Of a stretch of DNA of 64,000 nucleotides, positions 46,132 through 56,523 are shown piece after piece (position 1 is the first letter of the stretch; each line of letters starts with the position of its first letter). A model generated the notes under the pieces. The model searched no databases and was not told where the DNA came from. It worked only from the letters and a program-made list of their open reading frames with translations. This DNA comes from a bacterium (GTDB lineage Bacteria; Armatimonadota; Zipacnadia; Zipacnadales; UBA11051): the NCBI GenBank assembly GCA_030604405.1, contig JAUVVY010000024.1:301-64300 (forward strand), read 5' to 3'. Both the position numbers and the translations under genes were made by a program.

Positions 46132-46605
46132 GTGGCATCAGAAAAGAGTCCGGGCGCAAAGCTTCTAGAGTTATTTGTAATCTTTGCTATGGTACTCGGT
46201 GTAGCGCTGCTGCTGCTGAGAAAGTGGGAGGGGCGTTCCGAGAACAAGCAGCGCAGAGTAACCGTGAACCGTATCCTGGCCATCGAGGCAGGGCTGGCGA
46301 AATATATGATCGATTCCGGGGGCTTGTTGCCGACCGCAGAGCAGGGGCTGGCCGCCCTGCTCAGAGAACCCGCGTCAGGCCCACGGCCGGTGTCGTGGCG
46401 AGGCCCCTATGTTGACGGCGAGGAGGCCCTCGAGGACGCCTGGGGCCGGGATTTCCAGTACTTTTGCCCCGGCAAGCCGATCAAAGGCCACACAGATATC
46501 CACCAGCCTTACTCGCTATCGAGCTATGGAGCCGACGGAGCTGAAGGCGGCGAGGCAATGGATCGTGACATCTGCTCCTGGAAGCGCACGACAATGATCC
46601 CGTAA
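46132..46605 (+). CDS. Type II secretion major pseudopilin GspG-like protein
   Basis: PTAEQGLAALL, WRGPYV, DAWGRDFQY and SYGADGAEGG...DI motifs; degenerate leader G|AKLLE; GTG start inferred. Confidence 0.85.
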   Translation: MASEKSPGAKLLELFVIFAMVLGVALLLLRKWEGRSENKQRRVTVNRILAIEAGLAKYMIDSGGLLPTAEQGLAALLREPASGPRPVSWRGPYVDGEEALEDAWGRDFQYFCPGKPIKGHTDIHQPYSLSSYGADGAEGGEAMDRDICSWKRTTMIP

Positions 46606-46625
46606 TCACGAAGAGGCTGACATAT

Positions 46626-49604
46626 ATGTGGAAATCTGTGTCCTGGCTGCCACTACTTGCGCTACTGATGGCACAGTCCGCCGCTGCAGCGCCGGAAAGA
46701 TCGGCGCAGGCGCTTGCCGGCTACATGGCGCGGTTGATATCGGACTGCGAGCGGGTCGAGAGCGTCTTCCGCATGCACCAGCCAGATGGCAGCTACAACG
46801 TGTTCAAGCTGATGCCGACGGCCGCGGCCAAAGTTGTCGGCAAGAGTGTGCGCTGGCAGGTGGCGATGGACAGTGGCGACAGCGCGGTCCTGGAGCTGCG
46901 ATGGCGACCGGACGCGCCGGCGAATTTCGTGGCACTGTGGCTTAAGAACCCCCGTGGGCACCGCATCAGCCTGACGGTGGAGCTGAGTCTGGCCGACGCG
47001 ACCACAGTCGAGCTGGACACACAGGCCCTGGGCGATGAACTCAACTGGTATCAGTTGGCCTATGCGCTTCCAACAACGGAGATCGAATGGTCGGCTGTGG
47101 AGGGGCTGCTGCTGCGGCTTACCGGCCTGCAGCCGAATCAGACCTACGAACTCTACATTGACGAGGTGGAGGCTTACCGCGCGCCGCCGCTGGCGCTGAC
47201 GGTAGAGAATAGTGGGGCCGATGCCACCATAACCGCTGGTGCGCCACTCAGCCTGGAGCTAGCAGTCAGGCCGGCTGAAAGCCGGGCGAGCTGGCCTGAG
47301 CTTTACGCTGAGGTCGTCCAGGGTAGCTTTGTGGTCGCGCGGACGGCCCTGGAGTTTGCGCAGGCCGGGCCCGAGGGCGGCCGCATTGCCATCTCCAAAC
47401 CGGCAAGAATGCGGCTGCCGCAATACCTGCCCTCTGGCGACTATGAAGTGCGGGTCGCTGGTGATGTGCAGACAGCCGCCGGCTCGCCGTATCTGCGGCT
47501 GGTCGTGGAAAGCACGCGCCCGGCCCCGCAAATCAGCGTGCAGGCCGAATCCGGACAGGGAGCCATAGTCTGTGACGGGCAGCCGCTGGGGCCGGTGCTG
47601 CTGGAGGCTCCTGCAGCACAAGGACAGCAGTGGTCGGATGTAGGGCGGCTTTTCATGCTCGACGCCACCAGCGACTACGATCTATATGGCGGCAGCGCCG
47701 ACGTATGGCTGGCTCGCGACCGGTTTGACTATGCCGACTTGGACCGGCGGCTGAGCCAACTATTGCTGGCGCGGCCGGATGCGCTGGTGATGCTGCGAGT
47801 TTATGTCGGATCCCCGCCTTGGTGGGACGTTGAGAACCCCGGCGAGCTTGTGAAATTCGGTGACGGTTCGGTCAGCTCACCGTCGCGGGTGCCGGGCCGC
47901 AAGCATAGTTACGCATCCTGGGCATCGCCGAAATGGCGCGAGGATGCGGGCAGGGCCCTGGTGAAGCTGGTAGAGCACGTAGAGAGCTTGCCGGCAGGCC
48001 GCACGGTTGCTGGTTATCTGCTGTGCTCCGGCGAGTGGGGCAACTGGCAGTACCCGGGAGCCAGCCGCGAGCTTTTCTCCGATTACAGCGCCAGCCAACA
48101 TGACGCCTACCGGAAATGGCTGCGGGACAGCTACGGGAGCCTGGGTGCCCTGCGGGTGGCTTGGGGGCAGCCACTGGAGCCGCTGACCACCCCTGAAGCG
48201 ATCGCCGACGGGCGACCGATCCTGGGGTGGCACCAGGCCGGGATCCCCACACCTAAGCAACGAGTGCGCAGTCATTTGGGGGTACTACGTGACCCCGCGG
48301 GAGAACAGGACCTGGTTGATTATGACCTGTTCGCCTCCGAAGTGATCGTCGAGACTATCAACGAATTAGCGGCGGGGGTGAAGCAGTCGGCTCCGGGCAA
48401 GCTTTGTGGGGCCAGCTACGGCCACATCTTCGATCAAGCCCGGTACCGCTACGCCCTGCAAAACGGTGGCCACCTGGCCGTGGGGCTTGCGCTGCAATCG
48501 CAGCAACTGGATTTTCTCACCGTCCCGGCGATAGGTCTGCCCGGCGAGAGCGTTGACCTGGCTACCTTCGGCTCCTGCGAAAGCTCAGTCAATTCGCACC
48601 ACAAGATGCTCATCTACGAATGGCCCGCGTACGTGCACCGCGATTATTCGGAAGAATGGGTGAAGAATAAGCTCGCACAGGCGCTTTGCGCGGGCTGTGC
48701 GACCAGCGTGTCGTCAGAGATACTGGACGGTGAGCTGGGCGCGCAGTTGTCTTGTGCGGCGCGGATTGCTGCGGCTGCGAATCGACAATCGGCTGCCGAG
48801 ATCGCCGTAGTGGTGGACGATGTCAGTGTCGCGTACACGGTCTGCGGCAATGAGCTGACCGGCCCACTTCTCGACGAACAGCGGCGGGCCGTAACGCTGC
48901 TGGGCGCGCCGGTGGATGTGTGGCTGCTCGATGATGTGCTGTCCGGGCGAGCGCCACTTTACAGGATGTACCTGTTCCTGAATGCTTTCTATCTGACCAG
49001 AGCCGACCGTGAAGCGCTGCGTGCCGAGCTTGCTCGCGCAAAAGCGACCGCGGTATATGTGTACACCGCAGGGGCCATTGATAAGAACATCGGCGGACGA
49101 ACGGCAAAGCACCTCACAGGGATAAGCATACTGCCGCTGCGGGGCGAGGGCCTGCTCCAGGTGGTGCTCCCGGAGGGGGCGGGCACCTACGGCACGCACA
49201 GCCCGGTGCGCCTGCGTTTCACTTGCGACCCCACTGCCGATTGGATGGCCACGCTCCAGGGCACACATACAGCGGGGCTGGCACAGTTCAGCACCGAGCA
49301 GGGCACCGTGGTGTGGTCCGCCGCACCAAATGTTCCCAGCAGCATCCTGCGCGGCCTGGCCCTCGACGCCGGCGTACACATGTATGCCGACCCGGGCAAT
49401 GCGGTCTATGCGTGCAAGGAACTGGTGGGCATACGAGCTGGCACGAGCGGCCGGCACAGCGTGTATCTGCCCGACGCGGCGGACGTCTATGACTGCTTCA
49501 GCGGGGAGTTGCTGGGTCGCAGTACCGACCAGGTCACTCTGGCATTGGAGAAGGGGGAGACCGCGTTACTCTATGTCGGCGGCTCGCCCCCAGAACTGCC
49601 ATGA
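46626..49604 (+). CDS. Secreted beta-galactosidase-like (GH42-related) multidomain protein
   Basis: Sec signal peptide (AQSAAA); SWASPKWR, SGEWG, YRKWLRDSYGSLGALRVAWG and a trimerisation-like C-terminus. Confidence 0.7.
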   Translation: MWKSVSWLPLLALLMAQSAAAAPERSAQALAGYMARLISDCERVESVFRMHQPDGSYNVFKLMPTAAAKVVGKSVRWQVAMDSGDSAVLELRWRPDAPANFVALWLKNPRGHRISLTVELSLADATTVELDTQALGDELNWYQLAYALPTTEIEWSAVEGLLLRLTGLQPNQTYELYIDEVEAYRAPPLALTVENSGADATITAGAPLSLELAVRPAESRASWPELYAEVVQGSFVVARTALEFAQAGPEGGRIAISKPARMRLPQYLPSGDYEVRVAGDVQTAAGSPYLRLVVESTRPAPQISVQAESGQGAIVCDGQPLGPVLLEAPAAQGQQWSDVGRLFMLDATSDYDLYGGSADVWLARDRFDYADLDRRLSQLLLARPDALVMLRVYVGSPPWWDVENPGELVKFGDGSVSSPSRVPGRKHSYASWASPKWREDAGRALVKLVEHVESLPAGRTVAGYLLCSGEWGNWQYPGASRELFSDYSASQHDAYRKWLRDSYGSLGALRVAWGQPLEPLTTPEAIADGRPILGWHQAGIPTPKQRVRSHLGVLRDPAGEQDLVDYDLFASEVIVETINELAAGVKQSAPGKLCGASYGHIFDQARYRYALQNGGHLAVGLALQSQQLDFLTVPAIGLPGESVDLATFGSCESSVNSHHKMLIYEWPAYVHRDYSEEWVKNKLAQALCAGCATSVSSEILDGELGAQLSCAARIAAAANRQSAAEIAVVVDDVSVAYTVCGNELTGPLLDEQRRAVTLLGAPVDVWLLDDVLSGRAPLYRMYLFLNAFYLTRADREALRAELARAKATAVYVYTAGAIDKNIGGRTAKHLTGISILPLRGEGLLQVVLPEGAGTYGTHSPVRLRFTCDPTADWMATLQGTHTAGLAQFSTEQGTVVWSAAPNVPSSILRGLALDAGVHMYADPGNAVYACKELVGIRAGTSGRHSVYLPDAADVYDCFSGELLGRSTDQVTLALEKGETALLYVGGSPPELP

Positions 49605-50281
49605 CACCCTTGCAGCACTTGCTTGTAGCCGAGCGTGTGTGCGCACGACTGGGCTGGGATGTAGCAGTCCGGCCGACGATGTGCCTGGGTGCGATCGCTC
49701 CGGACGCACACAGGATCGCAGAGCATATTGACCACCGCGCCCTGCATTTCAGAAGTCGCAAGACCAGGGACCGGCGCTTGATTGATTTTCTGCGCAACTA
49801 CCTGCGGCCCGCAGTCAACGGGCCGGCGGGCGCTCTGGAGTTCTGGGCTGGCTGGCTATGCCACATCAGCGCCGACGATATATGGCGCCGCAACCTGCAG
49901 CGGGATGTGCCACAGTTGTGGGATGGCATCGTGCACGGCACCGCCAGGCAATCCGACGAGTTGCGCGACAAGTACCTGAGGGAATGCAACCAACTTGACT
50001 TGGCGTTTTTCTCTCTTTATCAGCATACAGTCGCAGGGCTGAGAGAAGAACTGCTGGCCGCTGAGGCGCATTGGACGGCGGACCCGCTGACACCGCAAGA
50101 CCTCCATACATGGCGGCTGACGGTGGTGCAGTCTATGTTGCCGCCGCTGGCCGCTTCTGATACGGGGCTCGAGTACCTGACTATGGACTTCGTGGAACAA
50201 TGCATGTTTCAGTCCGAGCAGGAAACTTTCCGAATCTTGGAGTGGGAAATAGACGAGTCGGAGCTCTCCCCGATCTTCTAA
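49601..50281 (+). CDS. Zinc-dependent phospholipase C/P1 nuclease-fold protein
   Basis: QHLLVA, LGAIAPD, H and GWLCHISADDIW motifs. ATGA overlap with the upstream gene. Confidence 0.7.
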   Translation: MTPLQHLLVAERVCARLGWDVAVRPTMCLGAIAPDAHRIAEHIDHRALHFRSRKTRDRRLIDFLRNYLRPAVNGPAGALEFWAGWLCHISADDIWRRNLQRDVPQLWDGIVHGTARQSDELRDKYLRECNQLDLAFFSLYQHTVAGLREELLAAEAHWTADPLTPQDLHTWRLTVVQSMLPPLAASDTGLEYLTMDFVEQCMFQSEQETFRILEWEIDESELSPIF

Positions 50282-50427
50282 AAGTAGCTAGCCCGGATTA
50301 TTGGTAAATGGAATAATATGCCGAGCAAAATCAGCCGGTTAGTCGTAGGACAGGCTGTCCTCCATGTTTTTCAAGAGCCTCCTGTTTCACCGGCAATCCT
50401 TACATCCACCCAAGCCCCTGGCTGGTC

Positions 50428-50456
50428 TTGACCGCCGCTGAGGTGTATGCTACACT
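50428..50456 (+). promoter_or_regulatory. Sigma70-type promoter of the arg operon
   Basis: TTGACC-N17-TACACT with extended -10 TG. Confidence 0.55.
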
Positions 50457-50631
50457 AAAGCCCACACCGGAGCGAAAAGATATGCTATACATGCGCACAA
50501 GCTGCAACTCAATAAGTTGTTGCGTACTCCGCGCCAGGCGCGGCTAGTACAACCTGCGCAGTGATCAGCAAGGCATGTGTGTTGATGCCGCCCGAAGTCA
50601 GGGGGGCATCGTTTATTTTGGGGGTACGGAA

Positions 50632-51690
50632 ATGAGTCCCACGCAGATGAAGATTGCAATACTGGGCGCCTCCGGCTACGGCGGCGTGGAATTGCTCCGC
50701 TTAGCCGCCGAGCACCCTTATCTGGAGGTCACCTACTGCGCCGGCCATACCAGCGCAGGCGAGAAAATGAGCGACCTCTACCCGCACTTGCCACCGCCGC
50801 TGGGCGACATCGTGCTGGGCGACATCGCCGTCGGGAAGGCCGCCGCTGCCGCCGACATCCTCGTATTCTGCCTGCCGCACAGCGCCGGTATGGATATGGT
50901 CGCGGAGGCCTGCGAGATGGGCAAGACCGTGCTGGACTTCTCCGCCGACTACCGCCTCAAAGACGTGGCCGAATACGAGGCCTGCTACGAGGTGAAACAC
51001 ACTCACCCGCAACTGCTGTCAGAGGCAGTCTATGGCCTGCCCGAGTTGCATCGCGAGGAAATCATCGGCTCGCGCCTCATCGCGGTGCCGGGCTGTTATC
51101 CGACTGCGGTCATTCTCGCGCTGGCTCCGGCGGTGAAGCACGGGCTTATATCAACTGATATGCTCATCGCCGACAGCAAGTCCGGAGTCTCGGGCGCGGG
51201 TCGCACAGCCTCATTGACCACACACTTTTCCGAAGTCAATGAATCGCTTACCGCCTACAAGATCGCCAGTCACCGGCACACGCCCGAAATGGATCAGGAG
51301 CTGAGCGCGCTGCAAGACGCCGGCAAGCTGCAGGTCACATTTGTCCCGCACCTGGTCCCGCAAATACGCGGCATTCTCAGCACCTGCTATGCGCACCTGG
51401 CCAAAGCCATGACCGTCGCTGAGATTCATGAAGTCTATTCTGATTTCTATGCGGATGAGCCATTTGTGTATCTCCACCCGCTCGGCAAGGTCCCGGCCAC
51501 CAAGCACGTCAGCGGCACCAACCGCTGCGACGTGGGCATAGCGGTTGACGAGCGCACCGGCCGACTTGTGGCCGTGTCGGCAGTGGATAACCTGATTAAG
51601 GGACTGTCCGGTGCGGCAGTGCAGTGTCTCAACCTGGCCTGCGGCTGGGAAGAGACAACCGGCCTGCCGCTGGTAGCCCACTGGCCTTGA
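50632..51690 (+). CDS. argC: N-acetyl-gamma-glutamyl-phosphate reductase
   Basis: GASGYGG, SADYRL, PGCYPT, SGVSGAGR, HRHTPE and DNLIKG motifs. Confidence 0.98.
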   Translation: MSPTQMKIAILGASGYGGVELLRLAAEHPYLEVTYCAGHTSAGEKMSDLYPHLPPPLGDIVLGDIAVGKAAAAADILVFCLPHSAGMDMVAEACEMGKTVLDFSADYRLKDVAEYEACYEVKHTHPQLLSEAVYGLPELHREEIIGSRLIAVPGCYPTAVILALAPAVKHGLISTDMLIADSKSGVSGAGRTASLTTHFSEVNESLTAYKIASHRHTPEMDQELSALQDAGKLQVTFVPHLVPQIRGILSTCYAHLAKAMTVAEIHEVYSDFYADEPFVYLHPLGKVPATKHVSGTNRCDVGIAVDERTGRLVAVSAVDNLIKGLSGAAVQCLNLACGWEETTGLPLVAHWP

Positions 51691-51720
51691 ACGGCAACGT
51701 CAACGGATAACGACGACACC

Positions 51721-51781
51721 TTGGGGGGAGACTTTTTGGAAAAAGTCCCCCCAAACCCCCTTCAAAAACTTTCAGAAGGGG
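51721..51781. repeat. Double-hairpin REP-like element between argC and argJ
   Basis: TTGGGGGGAGACTTTTT-GG-AAAAAGTCCCCCCAA followed by CCCCTTC...GAAGGGG. Confidence 0.6.
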
Positions 51782-51825
51782 CGGGAAGTCGTCGAGGCGC
51801 TGACGTATATGGAGGGTAATTCATA

Positions 51826-53076
51826 ATGACAAGTTTTGCGGACATAAATGAGGTTTCCGGCGGCGTGCTGGCCGCGCAAGGATTTGTGGCCGCCGCTGTC
51901 AGCAGCGGCATCAAGCCGCCGCCCGCACTGGACTTGGTGATGATTCATTCCCAATATCCGGCGTCCGCTGCTGCGACCGTCACCCGCAACGTATTCCGCG
52001 CTGCGCCGACATACATCACCGAGGAAGCCGTCACCAACGGCAAAGCGCGCACCATCATCGTCAACTCCGGTAATGCCAACGCCGGCACCGGCCGGCAGGG
52101 AATGAGCGACGCCCGCCAGATGGCCGCACTGGCAGCAGAGGCGACAGGCGTTGAGGTCCTGGAGGTCGTTGTGTGCTCCACCGGCCACATCGGAGACATC
52201 CTGCCGATGGACAAAGTGGCCGCCGGTATCGACCAGCTTGACGGCCGACTCAGCCGCGCGAACCCGGAAGAGATCGCCCGCGGCATCATGACTACTGACA
52301 CCGTGCCCAAGCATTGTGCCGTCGAGTTCACGGTGGGCGGCAGGGGCGCTCGGCTCGGCGGCATCTGCAAGGGCGCAGGGATGATCTGCCCGAACATGGC
52401 CACCATGCTCTGCTTCATCACCACCGACGTGGCGATCGCAGCCACAGCGCTGCAAGACGCCCTCAACTGGTCTGTCGCGCGCTCCTTCAACTGTATCAGC
52501 GTTGACGGCGATATGAGCACCAATGATACCGTCGCGCTGCTGGCTAACGGCCAGGCCGGTAATGAGACGATTACCGGCGCGGTGTCGGAAGATTATGCGG
52601 TCTTCCGCGCGGCGCTGCTGCACGTGACCCAGGACCTGGCGAAGAAGATCGCTGCCGACGGCGAGGGCGCAACGAAATTCGTTACCGTGAAGATCACCGG
52701 GGCGGCCAGCTACGAAGAAGCACGCACGGCCGGCCGCGCGGTGACCAACTACAGCCTGCTCAAGACCGCTATCTACGGCGGCGACTTCAACTGGGGCCGC
52801 ATCGCAGCCGCGGTCGGAAGCAGCGAGGTGCCGTTCGACCCCGATAGGGCAGCCATCAAGATCGCCGGCATCACCGTGTTCGCTGAGGGTAAGGTGCAGG
52901 ACTTCGACCTGGCGCGGGGCCGCGCGCAGATGGCTGCAAAAGAAATCGAGATCGAGATAGACCTGGCCAGGGGCGATGAGTCGCTGACACTGTGGACCTG
53001 CGATCTGACGCCCGAGTATGTGCACCTCAACGCCGAATATGATGCGTCGGACTTGGCCGGGGCAGAGGCAGACTGA
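51826..53076 (+). CDS. argJ: Ornithine acetyltransferase / N-acetylglutamate synthase
   Basis: NSGNANAGTG, IMTTDT, KGAGMICPNMA|TML, DGDMSTND and DGEGATK motifs. Confidence 0.98.
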   Translation: MTSFADINEVSGGVLAAQGFVAAAVSSGIKPPPALDLVMIHSQYPASAAATVTRNVFRAAPTYITEEAVTNGKARTIIVNSGNANAGTGRQGMSDARQMAALAAEATGVEVLEVVVCSTGHIGDILPMDKVAAGIDQLDGRLSRANPEEIARGIMTTDTVPKHCAVEFTVGGRGARLGGICKGAGMICPNMATMLCFITTDVAIAATALQDALNWSVARSFNCISVDGDMSTNDTVALLANGQAGNETITGAVSEDYAVFRAALLHVTQDLAKKIAADGEGATKFVTVKITGAASYEEARTAGRAVTNYSLLKTAIYGGDFNWGRIAAAVGSSEVPFDPDRAAIKIAGITVFAEGKVQDFDLARGRAQMAAKEIEIEIDLARGDESLTLWTCDLTPEYVHLNAEYDASDLAGAEAD

Positions 53077-53097
53077 ACAGAAGAACGGGTGAGATAA

Positions 53098-53983
53098 ATG
53101 GATAAGCACAATAGCTCCGTGAACGGACGTGTGGGCACGCTGATTGAGGCGTTGCCCTACATGCGGAAGTGGGCCGGCAAGACAGTGGTGGTAAAATACG
53201 GTGGCGCGGCGATGACCGACCCGGCCCTGCAGCACAGCGTCATGAAGGACCTGGTGCTTCTGCACTACGTCGGCGTGCGCGTTGTGGTGGTGCACGGCGG
53301 CGGGCCGAAGATTAGCGAGATGATGGAGCGGCTGGGCGAAAAGCCCGAGTTTGTCGGCGGCCTGCGCGTCACCGGCGAAGCAACGATGGAGATCGTCCAG
53401 ATGGTGCTGATCGGCCTCGTCGGCCAGGAGCTGGTGTCGTTGCTCAACGCCGAAGGCGGCCGGGCGGTCGGACTCTCCGGCAAGGACGCCAAGCTCATCA
53501 CCGCCACCAAGAAGCACTCCGACGAAGGCGATCTCGGCTGCGTCGGCGAGGTCGAGCACATCGACACCAAGCTGATTGATGTGCTGAATGACGCCGGCCA
53601 TATCGTGGTGCTGTCGCCCGTCGGGGTCGGCTCCGATTCTGAGAGTTATAACATCAACGCCGATACGGTGGCCTCTGAAGTCGCCGCAGCGCTGCAGGCC
53701 GAAAAGCTGATTATGCTCACCGACGTGGCCGGCGTGCTGCGCGATGTCGCAGACCCCTCAAGCCTCATCAGCGTGATGAATCCTACCCGGGCCCGCCAAC
53801 TCATAAGCGATGGTATCGTCAGCAAGGGCATGATCCCGAAAGTCGAGGCAGGCGTCCAGGCCATCGACAAGGGTGTAACCAGCGCTCACCTGATAGACGG
53901 CCGGGTGGAACACTCGCTGCTGGTGGAGCTTTTCACCGAAGAAGGCATCGGAACGATGATCGCCGCACACGGAGGCACAACTG

Positions 53984-53991
<8 letters not shown>
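53098..53991 (+). CDS. argB: Acetylglutamate kinase
   Basis: VVKYGGAAM, VHGGGP, GLRVT, NINAD and GMIPKV motifs. Confidence 0.98.
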
Positions 53992-55177
<1,186 letters not shown>

Positions 55178-55205
55178 CGCCTCGCAACGGCACCTTAAAC
55201 ATGCC

Positions 55206-55289
55206 CGCGTGGCACAGGCTTGCGCGCCGTAGCTTTAGCGAAGGCGGGGCTTTCCCGCAGGGGCTGAGCTTGTCGAAGCCCAGCCTGTG
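55206..55289. repeat. GTGG-REP split at its loop by nested palindromes
   Basis: CGCGTGGCACAGGCTT[58 bp]CCAGCCTGTG; uninterrupted form at 45765-45791. Confidence 0.85.
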
Positions 55290-55345
55290 AATGTCGTTAG
55301 CTGATGTCAATTGCTCTGCCAATGCCTTTCTTTCGCAGGCACGCG

Positions 55346-56521
55346 CTACCACATGCCGTGGATCTGGGTGCCACAGAAACGGCAGGCACCGTTGGATTTG
55401 ATGTTGCGGGCAAGGATCTGATAGCCGTCCCGTTTGATCACGATCTGTGCGCAACTGGGGCAATGCGTCGAGGCCAGATCGCTGCCGGAGACATTCCCGA
55501 CATAGACGTACTTGAGGCCCGCCTGGCGGCCGATGTGGCGGCAGCGTCGCAGCGTGTCTATGGGAGTAGGCGGTAGATTCTTCAGCCGGTAGGCCGGGAA
55601 AAAGCGCGAGAAATGTAGCGGTATGTACGGCCCGCCCACCTTCACCAGCCACTTTGCCATCGCCTCGATCGTCTTCGGATTGTCGTTGACCGTCGGCACC
55701 ACCAGATAGACGATCTCCAGCCACTTGCCCAGCGCTACCAGCCGCTTGATGGTGGTCTTGACCGGCTCCAGTTGCCCCGCTGTGTATTCGCGATAGAAAT
55801 CATCTGAAAAGCCCTTCAGGTCAATTTTCACCGCGTCAAGATATGGCGCCAGAGCCAGCATCGGCTCACGGTTGATGCTCCCCGAGGATATCATCACCGA
55901 CTTGATGCCCTGCTGGCGGGCAAGTTTGGCGGTATCGTACATGTACTCGTAAAACGCAATCGGCTCATTGTAGGTGTAGGCGATTGTCGCAACGCCGTTG
56001 GACTTGGCTTTGGACACCAGCGTCTGAGGCGACATGCTGACGAGGCGGTGTTCGGCGCGAAGCTGCTCGGGAGTGCGCTGGGAGATCTCCCAATTCTGGC
56101 AGTCCTTGCAGCGCAGGTTGCAGCCGGCGGTGCCCACCGAAAGCGCCCGGGTGCCGGGGTAAAAGTGAAACAGCGGCTTCTTCTCGATCGGATCTATGTG
56201 CAGGGCCGCCGCCTCGCCATAGACCAGCGTGTAGTACTTGCCGCCACGGTTCTCGCGCACCCGGCAAGCACCCCGCTGGCCGTCGGAAGTTATACATTGC
56301 CACGGGCACAGAGTACACTGGACCCGGTTGCCAGACAGCCGCTTGTAGTACAGCGCCTCGTGCACGCCGGCCCCGCTCGCGGCTTGTGCAGACGGCAGCA
56401 GTCGGCTCAGCCCGGCAGCTCCCGCAGCCAGCCCGACACCGGCCAACGCGGCCTTCTTAAGGAACTCGCGCCGCGTCATGGTCTCTTCGGAGGTATCTTT
56501 TTCGGACTGCTCGCTATCCAT
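55346..56521 (-). CDS. amrS: AmmeMemoRadiSam system radical SAM enzyme with twin-arginine leader
   Basis: CTLCPWQC...CRVR, DPIEKKPLFHF, CNLRCKDCQN, YTYNEP and HFSRFFP motifs; leader TRREFLK...AQA. Confidence 0.93.
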   Translation of the reverse strand: MDSEQSEKDTSEETMTRREFLKKAALAGVGLAAGAAGLSRLLPSAQAASGAGVHEALYYKRLSGNRVQCTLCPWQCITSDGQRGACRVRENRGGKYYTLVYGEAAALHIDPIEKKPLFHFYPGTRALSVGTAGCNLRCKDCQNWEISQRTPEQLRAEHRLVSMSPQTLVSKAKSNGVATIAYTYNEPIAFYEYMYDTAKLARQQGIKSVMISSGSINREPMLALAPYLDAVKIDLKGFSDDFYREYTAGQLEPVKTTIKRLVALGKWLEIVYLVVPTVNDNPKTIEAMAKWLVKVGGPYIPLHFSRFFPAYRLKNLPPTPIDTLRRCRHIGRQAGLKYVYVGNVSGSDLASTHCPSCAQIVIKRDGYQILARNIKSNGACRFCGTQIHGMW

Positions 56522-56523
56522 TT

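Noticed and set aside
50300..50500. ARG boxes upstream of argC
   Set aside because: AT-rich candidates such as TGGAATAATATGCC deviate too far from TGnATwwwwATnCA and are not paired.
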